Assembly: GCA_964016885.1 (NCBI GenBank)
Contig: OZ024741.1
Location: forward strand, 298,220,001-298,284,000
Direction of reading: 5' to 3'
Origin: Eledone cirrhosa
Taxonomy: Eukaryota
Length of the DNA: 64,000 nucleotides
Shown here: positions 54,001 to 64,000 of the stretch, piece after piece
Numbering within the stretch: the stretch's first letter is position 1
Layout: each line of letters starts with the position of its first letter
Translations under genes and position numbers: made by a program
The notes under the pieces: generated by a model
Databases searched by the model: none
The model's input: only the letters and a program-made list of their open reading frames with translations
Told to the model about the DNA's origin: nothing

Positions 54001-54772
54001 GTGCCCACACCGGTTGGGGGTCGGTGAGGAATACCTGGAGATGCCGCAGCTTCAGCGCATGTTTGCGCATCATCAGCCACGGCATTCCCAGCCCTCCGTT
54101 GGAAGGGTGCTGACAGCAGACGGATCTCCTCACCAGCGGAGCCTGCTTCTTCCACAGAAACTGGAAGAGCATGCGTTCCATCTCGACGAGGTGTTCACGG
54201 GGAGAAGGCACGACAGTCAAGCGGTAGTAGATGATGGACGCTCTGAAAGTGTTCGCCACCTTCGCTCGACCTTTCAAGGACAGTTTGCACTCTGCCCACT
54301 TCTGGGTGAGTGCAAACACCTTGGCTGTGACTTCGTTCCAGTTTTTCTCCACCTGGAGGTCTGGAGCGAACCAGACCCCGAGCAATTTCACCGGTCCGTC
54401 CAGCGTCCAACGACGCTGTCGGACGTCATCGGTTTGCCCCTCCACGTACCGAGTTGCAAACCGACAGACTTGTCCGGGTTCAGTTTAGCTCCCGTCAGCG
54501 TTTCGTATTCTTTCAGTAAGTTGCCGATCACCCCGATTTCCGAGGTGCTCGACACCATTACCGTCACGTCGTCGGCATAAGCCGACGCCGCTTTGCGAGG
54601 TCCCGGTTCTAGAGGGATGCCCTGCAACAGCTCCAATTTCCGCAGTAGTGGCTCTAGAGTCAATACATACAGAATGGAGGAGAGAGGGCACCCCTGTCGA
54701 ATGGAACGCGTGATTGCGAACGGCTCCGATAGGTAGCCGTTCACCTTGACCCTCGAGCAGATGCTGGTGTGC
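51054..54772 (-). mobile_element. Tx1/L1-clade LINE, 5'-truncated, split by a Gypsy insertion, flanked by GATA repeats
   Basis: VKVNG.LS..F...RSIRQGCPLS..LY.L.LEPL, AYADD, KLLGVWF, LSL.GR, GGLG; AATAAA near 3' end; C-terminal part resumes left of 51575. Confidence 0.85.
51575..53478 (+). mobile_element. Internally deleted Gypsy LTR element: partial 5'LTR (51575-~51728), integrase C-terminus, 3'UTR, PPT, full 3'LTR (53017-53478); TSD CTAT
   Basis: Direct repeat TGTAGCAAGAG... at 51575 and 53017; PPT GGCGGGGGA; CTAT at 51571-51574 and 53479-53482; GPY.V integrase tail. Confidence 0.88.
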
Positions 54773-54920
54773 ATAGATAGATAAATAGATAGATAGATAG
54801 ATAGATAGATCAATAAATAGCAGAGATAAAAAAATACAATTCAACAGTTCAAAGTTCTTAGAGAGATAATTATTCCCAATTAGACGACACAACTAATCTT
54901 TTCTAACGAAGTTCTTTATT

Positions 54921-54921
<1 letters not shown>

Positions 54922-55001
<80 letters not shown>

Positions 55002-55031
55002 TATATATGTATATATATGTATGTATGTATG

Positions 55032-55097
<66 letters not shown>

Positions 55098-55115
55098 TAC
55101 GTATGTGTGTGTGTA
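54922..55115. repeat. Compound microsatellite (CA)n-(TA)n-(TG)n, quasi-palindromic
   Basis: Direct reading. Confidence 0.9.
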
Positions 55116-55509
55116 TATGCGTGCGATAGTCTTAGTGTTATCTATTGAACACATTTCTACATTTCTATTATTTATTGTCGATGTGTTGGAAGGATTTCTA
55201 TTCGAGAGTCTAATTTTGAACAGGTAAGTGACAGTATGTTTTATACGGAGAATTGTACTGAATTTTGTTTTCTTTTCTTCTCGAAGTGATACGCAATCAA
55301 ACGCACACACAAACACACAACCCATACAAATACACACACCATAGCTGTCAACTCTCCCCGTTCGACGGAGAGATCTCCCACCCCCTTTAGGGTGGGTGAG
55401 AGATGTCTTCTATTGTGAAAAATCTTCCCAGTTTGCCTCATTTCTCCCAGTTTTGGGGCACTTTCTTTCATGGTACTTCCCGTTTGGATTTTTAGAAGTT
55501 GACAGGTCT

Positions 55510-55572
<63 letters not shown>

Positions 55573-55821
55573 GTAGAGAGTCACGGCCCAACGGCTGGGT
55601 TCTTGTTGTCGGGCCCTGACTCTCTACTATAACTCCACTCTACCATCCCAATTATCGAATGCTCACCTGAATAATGTTTAAAACTAGTATAATCTTGATC
55701 TCTCTAGTTTAAAACTAGTATAAAACTAGTATAATCCTGATCTCCCTCCCTCTTCTCTCTTCTCCTGCCCCCCTCTCTCTATATATGTGCGTGTGTGTGC
55801 ACTTTTGTGTGCGCGTGTGTG

Positions 55822-56135
55822 AAGGCGCATGGCTCAGTGGTTAGAGCATTGGGCTTGCAATCAGGAGGTTGGGAGTTCGAATCTCGGCCCGAGTGATGCG
55901 TTGTGCCCTTGAGCAAGATACGTTATTTCGCGTTGCTCCAGTTTACTCAGCTGTAGAAATGAGCTGCAACGTCACTGGCGCCAAGCTGTATCGGCCATTG
56001 CTTTTCCCTTGTACAACATCAGTGGCGTGGAGAAAGGGACCGGTATGCAAGGGCGACTGCTGTTCTTTCCCAAACAACCTTGCTCGGACTTGTGACCGAA
56101 AGGGATCTTTACCCTTTACCCTCATATGCAACCTG
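55822..56135 (+). mobile_element. tRNA-derived SINE of a second family (another copy ~2040-2190, minus)
   Basis: A box TGGCTCAGTGG, B box GTTCGAATC, then gtgcccttgagcaag...ctccagtttactcagctgtagaaatgag. Confidence 0.75.
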
Positions 56136-57415
56136 TAGTAGCAGGGAAACCTTATGCTAATCTGTTAACCTCTTATATATATATATATATATATTGGAAT
56201 GACATCCAACAAATTTAAGACCCGGTGGTATGCCCATACCCACTCCTTCAGATGACCGGACAAATCCAACCAAACAACACTAGCCGCCTATGTCTGGGAC
56301 CTCAACATACACATATATACATTCACATATATACATACACATATATACACACATATATACATACACATATATACATACACATATACATACTCACTCTCAT
56401 TCATACATGTGTGTGTGAGTGCGTGTAAAAAAATAACGTAAGAAATATTTAGATTTAACTATTAATTCTATCCGATGAAGCAATCATTTCGATATTTTTT
56501 ATTCGCTCGAAGTTGTTTAACCCCAGATCAGCTTTGATTAAGCAGCCATACTAGAAAAGTCATAGCGAACATATCCGTTCATTTTTACAGTGTGGTTTGA
56601 GGGAACTGGTCTATTATTTCTTGCAGGTCAGGTGATCAAATAAAGTTGTCCTCGTCGATTCAATGTTGGTGTAGATGGTAATGTATATGGCGAGGAAATC
56701 TTGGGAAATTTACTAATCTAAATGAAAGGTCACTTCCATCAAGTCAAAAATGATAAGATTAATACATTTATCATACTTGAGATATAGTGATATAGGTCGT
56801 CTTCTTTTTTGGGAGTATATTGTACCGTCTTGGAATTGCTCGTTATTGTAAATGGATGGTAAGCCTTCGAGAGAGTGTTGTACTTGTGTTGTAATGGAGA
56901 CATTACCGTATTTCTATTAAGTATGCAAAAGCTCCTCTGTTGTATTTTCTCTCAAGACTTATTAATATTTATTATCAACGTCACCGAAGTTCCTCTACAT
57001 CTCTGTAACTTACTATATTGATCCGACTCTCGCCAAACGAGTAGAATATGTTTTACTAAGGAGGTCTAATAAGACTGAAATACGTTCGTTACGTCCACTA
57101 ACTGGCTTTACAAACCAAATCCACTCCAATTTGTAGTGTCTATATTGTTAAAAGATTTCCACCAATTGATCTTATTGCAGTTATCTCCCTTGCTTGTTGT
57201 TTTTAGACTTTAAACAAGCATATATAGAGGTCAATTAATATTATAGATTATCCCAATTAATCGGAGTTTAAAATTCATTATATTACGTATATGAAGCTCT
57301 ACTGTATTCGTATTTGGCACATAGAAAGTTCCACTTTGGTAATATTTTCATTTCTAGTAAGACCTCATTAAAGAAAATTTCATTTAATAATTGTAAATAT
57401 ATAACATTTATCCTG

Positions 57416-57508
57416 CATCATCATCATCATCACCACCACCGCCGCAACCACCACCACCATCATCACCACCATCACCACCACCACCACCACCACCACCACC
57501 ACCACCAC
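57416..57508. repeat. (CAT)n/(CAC)n microsatellite abutting the Gypsy 3' end
   Basis: Direct reading. Confidence 0.9.
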
Positions 57509-58007
57509 CGGTGTCACCAATTTAGAATGTTGGTATCAGTGTATATATATTATTAAGAATGACAATAAATGCAAGTGAGTGTTGTGACATGGTTTTACTT
57601 CACAGAAGTCAAATAAATTAATAGAAATAATTTTTACCACATGTTGATGCTCAGTTGGTCACAACTCCCAGACTGGGGAGTGTAGAGAGAGAGAGAGGGA
57701 GAGAGAGAGAGAGAGAGAAGACAGGAGTCATCTTTTGACAAGGTCTGAAGTGGTTCTTCTTGCTGCGGCGTAGGAAGTGAGAGAGTTAATACCTTGATGT
57801 TCTCAAATATATAGTCCCAGGGGGACGCAACTCCATTTAGTACATGGATCTGCCACTGGGAGTCGCGACCGTCACAAAGGGACGCAACTCAGCTACAGTA
57901 CCCTCCTCCAGACGATAGGCGAAAAGCCCGAAGGTAACTGTAGTGAACCCACAAGCATGGGCTCCCAGCACAGGCATGAAATATTAACGAAAAGGTACAT
58001 GTATAAA

Positions 58008-61000
58008 TCAGGCATGAAAGAGTAACGAAAAGGTACATGTATACATAGTAATACAATAAAGAGAAAAACAAAAAAGAGGCTCCAGTGGCCAGTTCACATG
58101 AAAACAGTTTGGCAGAGTTTTTTGGGGCCAGTGGACTCTTCGACCGGAACGGGTTGTGGTCTTGTATGTAGGTGAAGGTGGGGCAGAAGGAGCAGGTGTA
58201 TGCACAAGAGAGAAAGATTGGGGTATTTGTGGCTCGGGTGTATGAGCGTCATTGTATACCCTTATTACTCTATCCACCGAAATTGTCTCTCTGAACCCCT
58301 TAATGTCTCCTGTGAAATGTTTGTCAGTACGTACTAACACACGGTAGGGTCCAGAGTACGGCTGTGTGAGGGGTGGAATAACCGCATCGTTTCTGACGAA
58401 TACATGTGTCCAGGAGGCAATATCCCTCGGGATTGCAGCTTTAATAGTTTGTTTCCTAGTATTCATGGGCGGTAAGTCCTGAAAATAGGAGCGCAAACGA
58501 GATACGTAGGAAGGAGGGTCCTGAAAAGCAAGATCAACAGGGGCAAGCATTTGCCCAGGCAACGGTCGAGGAGCACCATACAGTAATTCGGCCGGGGAGA
58601 ACCCAAGATCCTCCTTTATTGATGACCGAATTCCTAACAACACAATAGGAAGGCACTCGCTCCAGCGTTGAGAGTCTGGATAGGCGCGAAGAACGGCCTT
58701 TAATTGGCGGTGGAATCGTTCCATCATTCTGTTCGAAGCAGGATGATAGGCTGTGGTCCGAATCCGTTGAGCACCAATGATCTTTGTCAGCTCAGAGAAG
58801 AGATGAGACTCAAATTGCCTACCACGGTCTGTGGTGACTGTTATTGGCACGCCAAAGCGGGCAATCCACCCTGACACCAGGGCACGCGCTATAGTCTCAG
58901 CGGTAATATCATTTAAGGGGATGGCTTCAGGCCATCGCGAAAAACGATCGATGCAGGTCAAGAGGTAAGAATATCCACTGCTGAATGGCCAAGGTCCAAC
59001 GATATCAATGTGGATGTGTTGAAACCGAGCATCTGGAGTACTGAAAGTACCAAGTGGAGTCCGGATGTCTGTGGACTTTAGATCTCTGACACTGTGTGCA
59101 GGAACGGCACCAGACAGTAATTTCTCGCCTCATATTGGGCCAGAAAAATCTAGCCGTTATAAGCTTTACTGTGGCAGAAATTCCTGGGTGAGAAATGCTG
59201 TGCAAAGCAAGGAACACAATTCGACGGTGAGTCTCAGGAACATAAGGTCGTGATGAATCCGTAGATACATCACACAGAATCTGCCTGTCGGTGGTCGACA
59301 AGGGCAGATATTTGAAGATGCAAGTCGCAAACTCGGCAGAAAGAGTATCTAACGATTGGAGTGCAGGCTGGTCTGCAGCTAAACGACTTAAGTTGATCTC
59401 CTGTGATGACGAGATGGAGCTGATTGGCAAACGTGACAATGCGTCTGCAGCTATGTTAAGCGAGCCAGCAATGTGCTGGATATCACTTGTAAATTGCGAA
59501 ACGTAATCCAGGTGCCTTGTCTCTCTGGGCGAATATCTGTCGGCTTTAGCCCTCAAAGCGAAGGTCAGAGGTTTGTGGTCAGTTAAAACAGTAAAATTTC
59601 TCCCCTCAAGAATATGAGAGAAATATTTCACCGACAGATATATGGCTAATAATTCCCGCCCAAACGTGCTGTAACGCGTTTCTGCTGGTTTCAGCTTCCT
59701 TGAGAAAAATGCCAAAGGTTGTTGGTTTCCAGCGTTGAACTGCTGTAAAACTGCTCCCACAGCGGTATCAGATGCATCAACACAAAGCGAAAGCTTGGCC
59801 TCTGGTTCCGGGTGGGCTAGCAAAGGTGAACTAGCGAGTGCTGTCTAGGCAGTCTGGAAGTCTTTAAGCTGTCCTTGTGTCAAGGAAATATCCTCATTCT
59901 TCTTTCAACGATTTTTCAAAATGTCAGTAAGGGAAGATAGCAAATTAGCACAATGAGGAACGAAACGCCTATAGAAATTGATTAGGCCTAAGAAGTGACG
60001 CAACTGGTGAAGTGTAGTAGGCGGAAGTAAATCCTGTATGGCTTGAACTCGCTGAGAGAGCGGCCATAATACCTTCGGCGTCGATGAGGTGGCCTAAAAA
60101 ATTTAGCGAAGTGGAACCGAAAACACACTTTGCGGGATTCACACGAACGCGGTAATCTTGAAGTCACCGAAATAAGAGATGCATGTGGCGCATATGCTCT
60201 TCTGGAGAGGAACTGGCGACGAGAAGATCGTCTATGTATGCATAAACGAAGTCCAGACCACGAGTGACTTCGTCTATGAACCGCTGAAAAGTGCTAGCGG
60301 CGTTCTTCAGTCCGAAAGGCATGGTCAAAAATTCGAAGGATCCGAAAGGAGTTGTAATCGCCGTTTTCGGAATATCCTCCTTCCTGACCGGAATTTGGTG
60401 GTAGGCTCGCACCAAATCTAGTTTTGAGAAAATCTTACACCCCTGCAATGACGATCCGAAATCCTGGAGATGGGGGATGGGATACTTATCCGGGACGGTC
60501 ATAGCATTTAACCTCCTATAATCCCCAGTGGGTCTCCAGTCGCCGGAAGTCTTGGGCACCATGTGTAACGGTGAAGCCCAAGGACTCGTAGATGGGCGAA
60601 TAATGCCCAGCTGCAGCATATGGTCGAACTCGGACCGTGCTGCCTTTAATTTGTCCGCCGGTAAGCGGCGTGGACGCGAAAACACTGGAGCACCGGTGGT
60701 GGAAATGAAATGTTCAGTTGAGTGTGTTGGCTCAGTGACTCGAAAATTTCCATCCGTGAGCTCCGGGAAAGAACCCAGCAACGAATGGTAGGCGTCTCCA
60801 GCGGCAGCGATGAAGAATATGGGGCTGATTGTTGGAGCATTGGCCTTCCGACTACGAATTGAGAAACCGGTGATGTCATCCACCAGGCGTTGGCCACGGA
60901 CGTCCACAGTCAAAGAGAAGTTGTGGAGGAAATCCGCTCCTAAGATAGGATATGGCAAATCGGCAACCGTAAAAATCCACTTAAAATCCCTACGAAGATT

Positions 61001-61200
61001 TAGGAATTTGAGAGGAAGTGAGATTTGTCCGTACGTATTTATAGACGAGTGATTAACGGGGTATCTTTCAGGCAATGGACCGGCCAAATACTACAGGAGG
61101 CTCCTGCATCCACGAGGAAACCTCTTCCCGACATAAGGTCCTTAATGAAGAAATGGCGGTTTGGTGGCTTTATGTTGAGGTCAACTGCCCCATCAGCGGA
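58008..61200 (-). pseudogene. Gypsy pol (protease FLVDAGAS, RT YIDD, RNase H, HHCC/DDE integrase), broken by frameshifts and stops
   Basis: [67 protein letters not shown]. Confidence 0.92.
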
Positions 61201-61316
61201 TCTCTTTGGCGTTTCCCGCCTTATGAAAAGAGCAAGGTTGCACGCAGTGGTTCGCGCTCTCGGCGAATCGCTCATGGTACCAGCATAAAGATGAAGCTGG
61301 TGACCTGGGGCGGCGA

Positions 61317-62072
61317 CTAAAAGATTGAGATCTCCCGCGGCTGCGAACGGACACCACACCAGACCTTCATCTTCTGGAGCTCCAGGGTGAGTTCCTGAAT
61401 GGCCTTCTGCATCGCTATAATAGCTGAGCTGTCTATAGGAGCTGCCGCGCAGATGGCATGGCCAGGTGTGGCCTGAGCTGGTTGGGAAACAGCGGCAAGG
61501 GCTTCGCTGCCTCTAGTACCCGTAACTTCGAAAACTTTGTCCGCGGAGGCGGCAAGCTGATCCACCGTGCAAGTATCCCTAATGGGGCCCAAAATTGCCT
61601 GTACGTTGGTCAGTAGGCGTGAGAAGAACAACTGCTTCAACATGGCAGTTTCCGCTACCGACCCCTCCGTTAGGTCCTTCATTCTCCTTAGGAGGTTCGA
61701 TGGGGTGCCATCACCGATATGCTCCAGATGGACCAGAGCCCTAAATCTTTTTTCTGCGGACTGTGCAGTCCGGCTGAGTATTTCAGCCTTCAGAGACTTG
61801 TACGTCGCGTCGGTGGGTGTCTCTAACACCAGGTCCTTAATCGCTGGGATAAGTGCCGGCGGAATTGCACTAAGGACCAGGGGACGTTGTTGTGCTTCGT
61901 CAATTCTGTTCGCCTCGAAAAATTCTTCGAGTTGGGCGAACCATAACCTTACGTCGCCCGTGTACGTAGTAGGAGAGAATGAGATGCCATTGGTATACCG
62001 TAGGTAATCTGCAAAAAATCGTCTCCAACACAAGGGAAAAGGAAAACAAAATCGCTTGTTTTTCTCTGTCAA
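61317..62072 (-). pseudogene. Gypsy gag
   Basis: LWFAQLE..F....I, Y..LK..IL, GD..PS.LLRRM, L...ADKV gag motifs; frameshifted. Confidence 0.8.
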
Positions 62073-63958
62073 ACAACTGGACAGGAAAAATAATGCATCC
62101 GAGACAACATGTAAAGGAGCAACTAACCGAGCGATGTCATTAACAAGGTATAGGCAGGGAATTTAAAACTAAAACCAATATGGTGGACGATTTCGCGCCC
62201 AAAACACTATTGATGAAGAAGAAAGCCGCCATCTTGTCATCCTCAAACATTTTAGCCAGAGAAAAGAAGAAAAGAAGAAAAAACATTAATAAAATTGTTG
62301 TTTTGCTAGGAAACTAGCGCCAATATCATCTTATTTTTTTTTTTTGTGTTTGTGTGTAAATAAATGGAATGTTCGCTTTGCACATATGAGGAGTTTGATT
62401 GTTAAATGTTACAGATAAAGATGCTGAAATCAGTAAAATACAGCCAGATCAGAATGAAGCGTGTTGTTCTGTATTAAATGTTTTTTCTTTCTTTTTTTTA
62501 TATACATATGGTACCGTTTCCCATTCTTTTTTTTTTCTCGGTGTCACCAATTTAGAATGTTGGTATCAGTGTATATATATTATTAAAGTAGAAACAATTA
62601 TTAAGAATGATAATAAATGCAGGTGAGTGTTGTGACATGGTTTTACTTCACAGAAGTCAAATAAATTAATAGAAATAATTGTTACTACATGTTGATGGTC
62701 AGTTGGTCACAACTCCCAGACTGGAGAGTGTAGAAAAAGAGAGAGAGAAGACAGGAGTCATCTCTTGACAAGGTCTGAAGTGGTTCTTCTTGCTGCGGCG
62801 TAGGAAGTGAGAGAGTTAATGCCTTGATGTTCTCAAATATATAGTCCCCAGGGGGACGCAACTCCATTTAGTACATGGATCTGCCACTGGGAGTCGCGAC
62901 CGTCACAAAGGGACGCAACTCAGCTACAGTCCTCTTCCACTGCCCCCAATAGCGTCATAAATGTGACTGCAGATAGTCACATGAATAAGCTACGGGTGAG
63001 GGACATGCGATTTCTGAGGCGTTTAAGTTTGTGAGTTTGGCCCCTGAGAAAAGTATGGATTTAGCATAACATTCATTTTCTTAATAAGATTTATTCTAAT
63101 GTCCTTAAATTCTTAAAAACTTCATTAATAAGTCAGTTTTATTTCATATTTTAATGAGTGTAATTACATTCAATGGTCTAAAAAGTTGGTGGACCTCTAG
63201 CTTAGGGTGTGATTGATTAGTTACGTGGAGAGACTGCATGTGCTTGCTCCGCCGTCTTCGTTCGGCTAGGATTTCAGGTCCTACCATACCGCTTTCTTTT
63301 GGCAATGTAGCTATATGACTGCTATAGTAGTACTGTAGGTTTAACCCCCCCCCCCCAAAAAAAAACAAAAAACAAAAAAACAAAACAAAAAAAAACAACA
63401 AAAAAAAATAATAAAACAACTTCGGTTCCTAGCTACAAATTTATGATGATGAAGATAAGATTTCCTGATTTTCAAACCGTTTTGAAGGGCATAAAGGATT
63501 AGTAAATAGTGATGTTAAATATCTACAGGTTAGAATTGGGAGTGGGTTACAATTTGAGTTTGAATAAATTTGTTTCTTGTTTAATGAATCCCATCATTAT
63601 TATAATATTATGTGCTGTGGTTTAAACATCCATGTTGATGCAACGATAAAACGCACTCAATACACCCTGTAAAGTAGTTGGTGAGAGGCTGTAGAAAACC
63701 TGCGAAACAAAGGGTTGAGAGGACTCTTCAGTTATGACAACAATATAACAACCTCCTTATTGCTGATAACATGATGAAACGCACGAAGTGTAGAATGGTA
63801 TGTAAGCGAGAAGCGGCCCCACCCAGTCTGAGGAATCTGTGACATCCATTAACTACTGACTTGGTCGGTGACAACTCATTTAGCCATTGCTAGCAGGCTA
63901 ACGGACGTTAAACGACGACGACGGTGACGATGACGACGACGGTGACGGTGACGGTGAC

Positions 63959-64000
<42 letters not shown>

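Larger units (their letters stand above)
57509..62928 (-). mobile_element. Near full-length Ty3/Gypsy LTR retrotransposon with disrupted gag-pol; 5'LTR ~62551-62928, 3'LTR ~57521-57897
   Basis: Two LTRs with few differences; PBS TGGTGACACCG (62539-62549); PPT GGAGGAGGG; gag, protease, RT, RNase H, integrase in Gypsy order. Confidence 0.95.

Noticed and set aside
53873-54580. 235-aa plus-strand ORF
   Set aside because: Antisense shadow of the GC-rich Tx1 RT region; no recognisable motifs.
55822-55895. tRNA gene-like A and B boxes
   Set aside because: No closed acceptor stem; continues into a SINE body repeated elsewhere in the window.
57314-57556. Poly-His ORF; also HTHT/CVCV ORFs at 54903-55632 and ERER ORFs at 40149-40445 and 44821-45042
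   Set aside because: Microsatellite translations.

Overview
Eukaryotic, AT-rich, repeat- and microsatellite-dense genomic DNA. The SINE/LINE mix and (GAT)n/(AAT)n arrays resemble a cephalopod (Octopus-like) genome, which is an inference. The left 41 kb holds the 5' part of a minus-strand multi-exon gene. I traced 17 GT-AG coding exons (40743 down to 726; 2142 nt, 714 codons, all intron phases compatible) encoding an LRRC9 orthologue with N-terminal LRRs, a coiled coil, a PARP-like middle domain and further LRRs; it continues beyond the left edge. Divergently transcribed is an intronless, diverged tubulin-folding cofactor A (TBCA)-like ORF (45382-45717), with an RFX X-box plus CCAAT box between the two genes. 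The rest is transposable elements: CR1-type LINEs (two long inverted copies bracketing five exons), RTE and RLE-type fragments, a Tx1-like LINE in a (GATA)n tract, two related Gypsy elements whose LTRs end in AA rather than CA, three non-autonomous Helitrons, a TA-flanked MITE family, piggyBac-like MITEs, tRNA-derived SINEs and two different Chapaev3-like transposons. The most unusual observation is that both Chapaev3-like elements sit in the same TAA of the same MITE terminal repeat, in the same relative orientation. All calls come from manual reading and recalled family motifs; no database search was run.
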